Assembly: GCF_001447785.1 (NCBI RefSeq)
Contig: NW_015173183.1
Span: forward strand, 215,905-279,904
Direction: 5' to 3'
Length of the DNA stretch: 64,000 nucleotides
Origin: Gekko japonicus
Lineage: Eukaryota
The stretch's first letter is position 1. Each line of letters begins with the position of its first letter. Made by a program: the position numbers and the translations under genes. Of this stretch, positions 40,165-51,300 are shown piece after piece. The notes beneath the pieces are model-generated. The model made no database searches and had not been told where the DNA came from. It saw only the letters and a list, made by a program, of their open reading frames with translations.

Positions 40165-42109
40165 CAGGGACTGGGATGAGAGACCACAGAGTGGAATGAC
40201 AGCCCCTGGGGATAGCAGGAGTTTTCTGGGACTGGGATGTGAGACCACAGAGTGGATTGACATTCCCAGGGTGAAGCAGGAGTGTTCAGGGACTGGGATG
40301 AGAGACCACAGAGTGGAATGAGAGCCCCAGGGTGAAGCAAGTGTGTTCTGGGACTGGGATGACAGATAGTCTTTATTTGTAATAACTCATTTAATAAGAA
40401 TGTAGGCTTCTGAAATGAGCCTTAATGCTTTGATTTAATCTTTAATTTAACGCAAACGCCTCTATGCATTATATGCTGGGTTATTTTTTGCATTGTTTTC
40501 TAATTTTGTCATCCACTTTTTATTGGACAGGATCTAACAGTTCCCTGCACTGCTTCCCACTCTTGTAACTCCTACACTATGGTCTGTATTGTAGGGTATT
40601 TTTGGTGCAATATTGGTTGTATATATTATGCTGATTTTACTACTTCCCTTTTATTCCTAATCCTTCTTTGTGCATCAAGTCAGGCAGGCTATAAATGAAA
40701 TAAAAGAAAACAATGATGGAAGTGATCTGAGAGTACCTGGAGTTGCACATTTCCTCTTCCATAGTCTGCACTGCACTGCCCTGCACCTCTTCCTTCTGCA
40801 CTGAGCGTATCCTCTCATAGGCATTACCTGAGCTGTGAATCACCTTGCACTCAATGAAAGGAAATTGGAAGACCAATGCATCGATCAAAATAAGCAGGGT
40901 GCTTCAGATTTCAGTCTGAAGCCATCCACTGAAGGAAAAAGGCAGGTGCTAGAGGGCTAGAAGGGCCAATGTACTCGATGCCTCTTGCTTTTAACAAAGG
41001 AGGGGGGGGGGCTGCAAGACAAAGCTATCGCTGGGAGGAAGAAGTCCTTTGAGCTCTGTCTTGCAGCTGGATCTTCTCTCTTTCTCAAATTTTGTCCTCC
41101 TCGCTCTTCCCTCCCCCCCAAGGGAGACCCAATCCATTAACCATTAGACCCTACTGTGGTACAGCAGCCAAAGGCAGCATCACATCTGAGGAGTGGGGAT
41201 GCGGGGTCAGGAAGCCCTCCCACGAGAGTCAAGCCTCACCTCACTTTAGCTGGCCACAGATTCGCGTGGGATGAAGACGGGCTGTGCTCGGGTGAGGTGC
41301 ATGCAGGCAGTCCCAAGGCGTGACCTTCTCACAGCTGCCAGAGAGCACACGGCCATCCTTGCCCCACCACATGGCCATCCTTGCCGCAGCCACAGCCCCA
41401 ACCCCTGGCAGGCAAGTGCTGACGCTCCCTCGGTTCACCACACGCAGTGACGGGATGCAGGGGGGACAGGCAGCCCGGCCGGCGCACCTGCAGGAAACTG
41501 CTCGGCAGGGCGGGCCAATTCCCACACGGTACAAAGACAACGGAGCTCGGCGCTTTCGGACCCCCCAGTCGTCCCCCCCGGCGATCCCAGGCACGCACAC
41601 ACAACCAGGCCCAGCTGAGCCCGCCCCCATTCCCACGGCAGGACCAACTTCTCCCAAGGCCAGGAGAGTGGACAGCAGGGAGGGAAGGATATGGGAGGAG
41701 GAGGAGGAGGAGGAAACAGGGTGAGGGAGGGTGCGACCCACAGTGGGACAGAAATCCACACCACTAAAGGGGGTGGAGGATTCTCTGGTCACCAGGGAAA
41801 GGGCTCTGGCAGCGGACTTGGGGGAGCGGCGTCTTGAAGTGCACTCCGTGGATAAAAGAGCGGTGGATCTCTCCCGAGGGATGAACCGAGGGAGAGCAGC
41901 AAGAGCAACGCGGGAAGCAAAAGGCCGACTGGGAGCTTTGCCTAGGCGAAGGGTGGCCAGGACCGCCTTCGTCCCAGCCAGGGGCCATGAGGAGGCGTTC
42001 CCGGAGGGGGGCAGGGGGCGTCTTCAAAGAAGAGAAGTCAGGGAGTGGAACTTCCCCACACCCAGCTCCGCCCCCAAGGACCACCTCCAGCGGCACCGCC
42101 TTCCCCCTC

Positions 42110-42600
42110 CCCTCCGGCAACATTGAAAGGGGCCAGCAAGGCCGTTGGCCATAACTCTTTAAAGGGCGCCTTAGGAGAGCTGGGGGAGCCAGAATGACCT
42201 TTCGCATCTGACGTGTCTCTCAAACGTGAGAGGCGGCTTTTGCCCCTACGAGTGCAAGGCCACCACCCCTGGTCTCAGGGAGGCGGGGGAACCTTTCACG
42301 CCCCCCCGTGGCCATTACCGCTGCCGCCTCTGGCGGCGGCCATACCTTTTTAAAGAGCCCCTTACGAGAGCTGGGGGAGTCAGAATGACCACTCGCATCT
42401 GATGTTCGAGCGGCAACGCTTGGACATCAGACGCAAGAGGCGGCTTTTGCCCCAGGAGTACAAGGCCACCGCCCCGGGGCTCAGGGAGGCGGGGGAACCT
42501 TTCACGCCCCCCCCCGCAGCCGTTGCCTCCGCTGCCTCTGGCAGCGGCCATATCTTTTTAAAGAGCCCCTTACAAGAGCTGGGGAAGCCAGAATGATTTC
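42110..42600. repeat. About 200-bp GC-rich unit repeated about 2.5 times; a further rearranged copy lies at 44620-44835
   Basis: The motif TTTAAAGAGCCCCTT..GAGCTGGGGGAGCCAGAATGA recurs at about 42158, 42349, 42557 and 44690. Confidence 0.8.
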
Positions 42601-43034
42601 TTGCTGCCAATGGGAACAAGCCCAGCAGCCATTTGTGTTACTAAGGACTACTACAATGAACCTGTTCTGCGGGCACTCCAGCTGGTCAGTGCCAAACTGG
42701 ACAGTCTTGGTGATGGCCTAATGTCCAATAGGCACAGTTAAACAGGGTAAGTTCGACTTGGAATTCACAGCATCTCTAGTTACTTCTGGTCAACTCGGGG
42801 GGGGTGGCGCGGGGGGGCTGGCCATTAAGTCCACCACAAATAGTCCCAGTAGGCTGATTACATTGGAGCTTCTCTGTCCTGCCTGAGGAAGGATGTACTT
42901 GACCCTGCCAAGCAAAATCCCATGCAGCATCTCCCAGCCTAAGCCCTGTGTGGAAACGAGGCACCTGACCAAACCTGGCACAGAGCTAAGTAGGTGAGCT
43001 CTTTCAACCTCTGTCTCCGTTTGGGGGTGAGGTA

Positions 43035-43472
43035 TGACCCCTAGGGGTAGCAGATGTGTTCTGAGGGTGGAATGACAGGCCCCACAGTGGAATGACAGCC
43101 CTTGGAGGTAGCAGATGGGCTATGAGGGTGGAACGACAGGCCCCACAGTGGAATGACAGCCCCTGGGGGTAACAGGAGTGTTCTGAGGGTGGAATGACAG
43201 GCCCCAATGTGGAATGACAGACCTTGGGAGTAGCAGGAGTGTCCTGGGACTGGAATGACAAACAGGCCTCAGTCCCAGAACACTCCTGCTACCCCCAAGG
43301 GCTCTAATTCCACTGTGGGCCTGTCATTCTAGTCCCAGAACACTCCAGCTCCCACCAGGAGCTGTCAATCGTCTGTGGGGCCTGTCATTCCAGTCCCAGA
43401 AGACTCCTGCTACCCCCAGGGGCTGTCATTCCACTGTGGGGCCTGTAATTCCAATTCTAGAAAACTCCTGCT
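43035..43472. repeat. Second patch of the 61-bp satellite; orientation switches near 43268
   Basis: GGAATGACAG units at 43035-43265, then reverse-complement units (CTGTCATTCC, AACACTCCTGCTA) at 43270-43472. Confidence 0.88.
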
Positions 43473-44614
43473 AAAATACCATACATAAAATGTGTACTGC
43501 TTGCACCCACAGATGGGCTGCCAATACCTTTGATTCTATAGCATTCCACTATTACAGCTTCGGAACATGTCAGCTGTCATTAATGAGGGAGCATTGTTGC
43601 ACCTCACACTGTTTCCAAGCTATCAGCAATCCCTAGCAAGACCTCAATCCTGCACTATGGTTACACTTGAACACCGTAAACAGTCACTAATATTTTTAGA
43701 AGAGGCTTTTATTTTGCTCATCTCCATGAAATAAAGGAAATAGCAGCTTTCTCATCTTTACCTGCGCCATATTCTCTTCTCTTTCAGGATTGGCAACATG
43801 CAGAGCAGCATTTGCTGACCCTAACCAGCCAAGACAAACCCACCCAAATCACGACACTTGCTGGAGCTGGTAAAACCAGTCTTGTCTTGCCCAACTCAGT
43901 TCCACACATGATGGATATATGCATCACAATCTTGCATGGGATTATCACTGGTGACACACCATGGGCAGCTACAGGGTGAGGCTCATCTCATACTACAGCA
44001 CCCTGTCCCATATCACCATTTTGTCTTTACACACTTATCCCTGCCCTATCATTTACAGCCCTACAAGTTAACACATCTGTTTCAAGTCAACCCTGTCATT
44101 AGAGAATCCTGGGTTGCACAGGAGGCGAGAACATGCCGCACACACTGCTGCAAACATCCCCCCGGTAAAGGATATTGCCGCAGCGCCGCCTCCACCTCCG
44201 GGCCGGGCCCTCCGTCAGCCCCAGTGCCGGACCCGTCGGGCTCCTCCACGAAACGGTTCTCGTCGAACTGGTCGAGTTCCGCGCCATGACAGGCCGGGGC
44301 GAGAGAAGGGAACGTGAGGCGAGGACAGCCCCCCGGGCACCGCTGCTCCGACCGCCGCCACCTGCGGGCCTCCCCCTCCCACGCACCCACCGGAAGTGGA
44401 AATGTCGACAGAGGAGGCCGAAGGGAAAACGTGACGAACGGCAGCGCCAGCCAATCCCCGCGCGGCGCAGAGTGGGAAGTCCGAAAAGGGGAGGAGCGTC
44501 GCCCCAGGAACGGTCGCTGAGGTCCGCCTTCGTCTCAGCGAGTTGCTCCGCCTTCGTCTCAGCGAGTTGCCGGGAGCAGGCAGTTAAATCTCTCGATTGG
44601 GGTTAAATAAAGGT
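43473..44614 (-). pseudogene. ARPC5L: Inverted partial duplicate of ARPC5L (promoter, frameshifted exon 1 with ATG at 44288, U12 donor, part of intron 1)
   Basis: Reverse complement of 45025-47146 with internal deletions. A 31-bp deletion after codon 5 shifts the frame. Exons 2-4 are not present in this copy. Confidence 0.9.
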
Positions 44615-45024
44615 GTTAAAGGGAACCAGTCGCGCCCCCCCCCCGGCAGCCGTTTCCGCCGTCCCTGCTTGGGGCGGCGGCGATATCTTTTTAAAGAGCC
44701 CCTTCCGAGGGCTGGGGGAGCCAGAATGACCTCTCGTGTCTGATGGGAGGGAGCCCTGAGCCTGAGCCTTTGGTGGTGTTGGCGTTTAACTCCAAGGGGC
44801 AAAAGCCGCCTCTCGCGTCTGATGTCCGACGCTACCCGTTTCCATGGAGATGACAAGACTGGGTGCATCAAGGCGGGGGAGAGACGGAGCGACGACCGCT
44901 CGTGTGAACTGGTGCAATTTACTGTGTTTTGTCCTTGAATTGCAATTTTCGGTTTTATTGGAAACCGCCTTGGGCAAATGAGTTTAGACAGCGTCATACA
45001 CACGTCCGATAAAACGAATAAAAT

Positions 45025-45360
45025 ACCTTTATTTAACCCCAATCGAGAGATTTAACTGCCTGCTCCCGGCAACTCGCTGAGCTTTCACGTGGGAGGCGGC
45101 AAGACGAAGGCGGGGCAACTTGGGACCTCAGCGACCGTTCCTGAGGCGACGCTCCTCCCCTTTTCAGACTTCCCACTCTGCGCCGCGCGGGGATTGGCTG
45201 GCGCCGCCGTTCGTCACGTTTTCCCTTCGGCCTCCTCTGTCGACATTTCCGCTTCCGGTGGGTGCGTGGGAGGGGGAGGCCCGGCGGTGGCGGCGGTCGG
45301 AGCAGCGGTGCCCGGGGGGCTGTCCTCGCCTCACGTTCCCTTCTCTCGCCCCGGCCTGTC
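45025..45360 (+). promoter_or_regulatory. ARPC5L: CpG-island promoter / 5' UTR of ARPC5L
   Basis: CpG-dense, with inverted CCAAT (GATTGG, about 45192), CGTCACG (about 45212) and CTTCCGG (about 45252) upstream of the ATG. Confidence 0.65.
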
Positions 45361-48300
45361 ATGGCGCGGAACTCGCTCTCCTCGCGCTTCCGCCGCCTGG
45401 ACATCGACCAGTTCGACGAGAACCGTTTCGTGGAGGAGCCCGACGGGGCCGACACTGGCACTGGGGCTGGCGCCTCTGAGGCTGACGGAGGGCCTGGCCC
45501 GGAGGTGGAGGCGGCGCTGCGGCAATATCCTTTACCGGGGGGATGGGAAGAGACACCCCCGCCCCGCACTTCTAAGCTCGTGAAGATAACCTCGCCCTTA
45601 GAAAATCCATGTCCTTTCTTTTGTAGACAGGTATTCTCCTCTCCCCCACCCCCTTCTGCTTACACCTTAAGGGTGGTTGTTTTTTGGGGGGGCGGGGGGT
45701 ATTTTTCCTCTGCCCTTTTCTCCTCTGCCTCTGTGTTCTGGGAGCCCTCTTCTTTCCCCTTGTGTTTTGGGGTATTCCGATCTCCGTCCACGTAGGGTCA
45801 TTCATTCTCTTACGCACTTTCTTCTTCCCTCTTCGTGCATTTAGGAATATTTTCTATATGCGTTTTGGAGTATTGCCTCCCCCCCCCCCCCGGTTTTTAG
45901 GGTACCGCATGTCCCATTATTCTGGGTTTTAGAGGACTGGTAACAACTTTAATGGAAATTTACACTCATTCCCCTTAATAATGGTATGGGCCGTGTAACT
46001 GAGCTGAGAGAAGTTATTAGGTCTCTTACCTTTATGTGCCTTAACATAACTCATTTACACTCAGGGGTGTTGGTGGAAAAGTAATGGCTTTTAAAAGATT
46101 TTTGTGCCTGATTGTCTAGAGAGGACTTGCCCCAGTTGACTGGCTGGCTGCAAAGTGTGATCCAAGATAATCTACAGTAGCTGTCTTGCTGCCCCTGCCA
46201 TGTCTATGATATTTACTACAGTGTAGTAACTCATCCTCATGGTGTCCACCTTTTCTCTTCCTCTTTATCCCTGTGCAACAAGAACTAGACCTTGAGTTTG
46301 GGAGAAAGGGGTGGACCTGATGCTAGACGACCATAAAAGGTAGGCTAAGGCTACCTTCAGACAGCTAAACTGTGCTTAATAATTGCAGCCTTTGGAAGCT
46401 GCTCGGGGTGTTATGGTTACTGTTTGCAGCAGTGTGTGTGGCATGTTCTCGCCTCCTGTGCAACCCAGGATTCTCTAATGACAGGGTTGACTTGAAACAG
46501 ATGTGTTAACTTGTAGGGCTGTAAATGATAGGGCAGGGATATGTGTGTAAAGACAAAATGGTGATATGGGACAGGGTGCTGTAGTATGAGATGAGCCTCA
46601 CCCTGTAGCTGCCCATGGTGTGTCACCAGTGATAATCCCATGCAAGATTGTGATGCATATAGCCATCATGTGTGGAACTGAGTTGGGCAAGACAAAACTG
46701 GTTTTACCAGCTCCAGCAAGTGTCATGATTTGGGTGGGTTTGTCTTGGCTGGTTAGGGTCAGCAAATGCTACTCTGCATGTTGCTAATCCTGAAAGAGAA
46801 GGCGGGGTGTGTGTGTATAGAATATATATGCAATAGAATATATATATTAGAATACGGCACAGGTAAAGATGAGAAAGCTGCTATTTCTTTTATTTCCTGG
46901 AGCAAAATAAAAGCCTCTTCTAAAAATATTAGTGACTGTTTAGGGTGTTCAAGTGTAACCATAGTGCAGGATTGATGTCTTGCTAGGGATTGCTGATAGC
47001 CTGGAAACAGTGTGAGGTGCAACAATGCTCCCTCATTAATGACAGCTGACATGTTCCGAAGCTGTAATAGTGGAATGCTATAGAATCAAAGGTATTGGCA
47101 GCCCATCTGTGGGTGCAAGCAGTACACATTTTATGTATAGTATTTTTGCTGTTGGTTTACTCTGAGGGGTCTTAGCTCCTAATAATTTGAGCCATCTATA
47201 CCCAATTCAAAATATCTTTGTATGGTCATAAGTGTCGTGAGGAAGAACTGCACGTTGCTCAAAATGGCAGAACAAAGCAGAAATGTAAACATTCAAGAGG
47301 TTCTCAACACTAAACAATTTGAGGCCCATTTTCCAGTGTTTTTAAGGCTCTAGCAGGGAGTAATTTCTCCTTTACTTGGCAGCTTGCAACTTTTCAGCTC
47401 TTTTCTGCCATGGTTTTCATAAAGGTTTTTTTTTAATTAAATGGAGTATGTGGGACTCTATACTGTTTTGCTGAGGACAACTTAAGTTGGTTCAAGTATC
47501 TGGAACATCCGTCTATTTGTATTTGTGCTTCCTCTGGGGTTAATATTTTTGATACTGAAATAACTGGCTCCTTGTAAATCAACATAAATCATTCTGTGTT
47601 CTGAAGAATCCAGAAGTTCCTCCAGAAGATTAATGATAGACAAGCATCCTTCATAGTATCTGGAGAAGTGAGCTGTAACTCACAAAAGCTCATACTGAAA
47701 TAAATATTGTTAGTCTTTAAAATACCCTTGAATTTCTGTTTTATTTTGCTGCAGTAGAACTAACCTGGCTACCCCCTTGGAATTGTCCACCACTGCCTCT
47801 CTTTCCTTGAAATTCACAGCACATTCAGCTCATATAAAGCAGTGGGGAGGCCCAACAGGTTGGCCAGTGCCTTTGTGAACACAGCATGTTCTGGAATCTT
47901 CTGCAACACACAAAGAATCTGCAACAAATATAACTTTCTTACATAGCAGATAAATGTATGTGGAAAGAATAAATAAGAGTCTTGTGGCACCTTAAAAACA
48001 GGTTGGTTGTTATAGCATAAGTTGTGTTGGACTAGAGCCCACTTTATCAGAAAGGGTTCTGTGGGGGTAGGACATCTGAAAAACTCTGAAGTGGTAGTGA
48101 TGTGTATGATTTTGGATCTGGTCTCCATTTCTTAGTGAGCAAGACAAGACAACCTGGTTAGAATTATTCCAGAATTTGCAAGATCTCCAGTGTTAAGTAG
48201 TCGTATTATAGGGAGTGAATATTAGGTCCCTTTGAGATGTCTTCTGAAAAAATGTCTTAGGTAGGCCGACACGGTTTGTAATGAGATATTAGAACTTAGC

Positions 48301-51300
48301 TGATATGATGCTCAAAATAACTGCCATGTATCTCTTTGGGATGTAACCCAGATTGCTGCATTTATTAAGAGACTGCATGGAAGACAAGAACAAAATGTCT
48401 GTGGACAATATTCTTTCTATTTGAACTCTGCAGTTGCATTTGTGTGCCCATACCTGGAAGTCATGGCGAGTCCTACTGGGGCATGGAGGACATTCGGAGA
48501 AGTGGCTTGATAGCCTGCCTCTGCCTCCAGGCCCTGGTCATCTTTGGAGGTCTCCCATCCAAATACTTGCCAGGGTCGGCCCTGCTTAGCTTCTGAGATC
48601 TGATAAGATTGGGCTTGCCCGGGCTATCCAGGTCAGGGCAAATATGCACTTTTTTAAAAGGGGAAGACAGTGGCATCAGGCCAGGCTTTTCCTGCTGCTA
48701 GTATAGTGGGAATGTTTGTCTTATTTGTCCTCTGTCAATAAAAAGATAGCTGTGCCAGGTATAATAGCAAAGGGCTTCTCCATCTGGTGTGCAACAGCAA
48801 AACCTGTGTAGTCACTTCATCACTGGAAAAAGAGGTTTCCTGGTCTTTCAACAGGGCTGGGCTCTGTAGGATGAAATGGTGAATCACTAGGGTGGTATCA
48901 GACAGTTATGGACTTGCCAGTTTAAACCTTTGTGATGTGCCATAGTTGTAAATCAGAATCCTGTGTTTTTAATGCTTTGCTCAGCAGTTTTTATTTATTT
49001 TAAACATTTTTTAGCCATGTGAAGAAATGCATTTTTTCCTGGGAGGTTTGCAATGAGCAAAACCTCCACTCTGCATTTTAAAGCCCCCCCCCCCCAGAAA
49101 AGAAGGTGGGGAGTCAGTTCAATTGCTTCCCAGACATACCTCAGCTCACCTTCATACAAATGCTAATGGATCTGGCTGGAGAAATAATGGGTGGGTCAAG
49201 TTTTTCCACTTCTCCAAGCAGGGAACAGAGATTTGGAGGAACAGAATGCTAGAGTCTCCTTTTTGGCCTGACCCTGGTCACGGGGTGGGGAAAAGGGAGG
49301 TGATGAAAACTCCTTGCAGCAGGAAGGAGGTCTCTTTTCTTTGGGTGCTGAGTCCAGGAGTGGACACAGACCTCTACACTAGGAAGGCAGCATTTGACCA
49401 TGGGCTTGCATAAAGAGCTGGAGCAAGCTTCAAGGTAACGAAAACTCTGTAGAGATTTGTAGCATCCTAAGCTTATGGAGTCTGTCCTAGAGTTTAATAT
49501 CTGATAGGTGATGTACAGAGAGGGACAGAAGAGTTGTGTTTTGCCAATTTCTTTTGGATCCCTTGTTCAATCTGGTGCTGTGCTAAAAGTATGCTTGTGA
49601 ACATTTTCTTTTTAATAAATACTTTACAACTTAAGATGCTGGCAGTGATTCTCTGTACCACATAGACCTCCACCGTCTCAGACAAACTATTTTGAAAGGA
49701 GCGCCAGGGCGAAGGCAGGTAGTTGGTGTGGCTGTTCCTCCAAGGGTGCACAAGGCAGTAAACTGTCTCCATGGTGACCAGGCACTGAGCAGTGGGAGAC
49801 ACAGAGGCAAGGCCTCAGAACTTGGAAGGGAAGCTGGGAGCCCTGATCTTCCCAGAGGGCAATTCCTTACAAAGGTCAGATAGTGATGGCAAGTTACCAG
49901 AGAGAGAAAGGAAGCCTCTGCAGGGGTTAGGTAAAACCTTGGAAGACAGGGTGGAATAGGGCCTGTAGGCCAGAGCAGGCCTGTTCTGCCACGAGCTGCC
50001 TTTTCATCCTATGGAATTCAAGACAGCTGTCATTGTAAATAAAATAACAATAATAAAACCCAGAATTTAAACCACAAATGAAGACTGCCATCAAACTAAT
50101 CAAATACAGTCCTACATAAAATCTTATTTGACTGCTTCCCAAAGATTGAAAGTGAGGGGGGCCAGGTGTAACTCCATGGGGATGGTTTTTCTATAACTAT
50201 GGTGTTGCCACTGCCCTCTCTCATGTACCCACCGAATGAGCTCTGGATGATGGGACCGTCAGGAGGACCACTTTGTGTGATCATAATTCCTAGGCAGGAA
50301 CATGTGGGAGAAGACGGTCCTTCAGATACCCTAGTCCCATGCCATCTAGAGCTTTAAAGGACAAAACCAACACCTTGAATTGGGTTTGGATCAGTAGTCA
50401 GTATAATTGCTATAATAGTGCGGCCACATACTCCTGATAACTGGCCCCCATCAGCAGTCTAGACACTGCATTCTATACTAGCTGCAGCTTTATGAAACTT
50501 TTTGTGTGTTTGGTGAGGTGACACAGTTTGAGTTTGAAAGACCCTGAGAGATTATAGGTTGCTGTACAGAAAAAAAAGTAATGTATTACTTTTTATTAGT
50601 ATCAACCAAAATACCACATTGAAAGCTACTGAATTCTTCAGTAGGCTTGGATGTTCACTTAAAAAGGATGAAAAGGGAGGAGGAGGATATTTAAAGTCAT
50701 AGTGTTTGTAAGACCTTATTGTTGGCTGAAAGGTCTTTGGAAGAAACTAGCATTCGTTCCAGGGGCTGTATTTTGAGGATAGCTAAGCCAGGGGCTTGGG
50801 TCCAGACTAGTTTTTTCAGAGGCGCAAGGACTTCAGTGCACAAAGCATGATCCCCACCGCAACAGCCCAAAATGCTTTAACAGGGAAAGATCTCTGAATT
50901 GTTGGGTGTGCAGCTGCTACTTGTTTGTAGATCTATAAGTATGGGAGGGGGATGTACATGCTAGCCAGGTGGCTTGAAACAGGTGACACTTTTCCTTCTC
51001 TATGTTGGGGGGGATAATGTATGGAAATCTGTATCAGTGTTTCTCAGTTTATTATGAGGTATGCGAATTTAATATGGATTTAAACTACTTGTGGCCACAA
51101 AGAGTAGTGGCAGAGCATGTTCAGGCTTTTACTTATTTCAGCTGAGTAAAGCTAATAATTTAAAAAAAGAGCATACATAGAGATTTAACAATAAATGCGG
51201 GCTATTGGTTTTTACCAGCATAGTCTAGTGTTTTGGGTTTTTTTAAATGTACATGCTCCCTTGATGCTTTTTCCTTATTGCTTAGCTTTCTGGCAAGTAC

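Larger units (their letters stand above)
37892..40363. repeat. 61-bp minisatellite/satellite array (about 30 diverged units) interrupted by three insertions
   Basis: Consensus is about GGAATGACAGCCCCAGGGTGTAGCAGGAGTGTTCTGGGACTGGAATGAGAGACCACAGAGT. Successive GGAATGACAG starts at 37978, 38039 and 38100 give a period of 61. Confidence 0.93.

Noticed and set aside
37811-40340. Many overlapping minus-strand ORFs with repeated HPGAVIPL / LGLSFHS motifs; CRISPR-like periodicity
   Set aside because: These are translations of a 61-bp satellite, not a multiple of 3, so motifs rotate through frames. There are no unique spacers or cas genes and the context is eukaryotic.
41241-42207. GC-rich 106-183 aa ORFs on both strands as a novel protein gene
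   Set aside because: Long ORFs are expected at this GC content. There is no recognisable domain and they do not resemble SCAI or RPL35.
45262-45795. 177-aa ORF as a single long ARPC5L exon
   Set aside because: Homology covers only 45361-45524; the rest reads through the AT-AC donor into the intron.
48546-48618. Functional 5S rRNA gene
   Set aside because: Partial and diverged, lacks the 5S ends and terminator, and is embedded in a SINE body.
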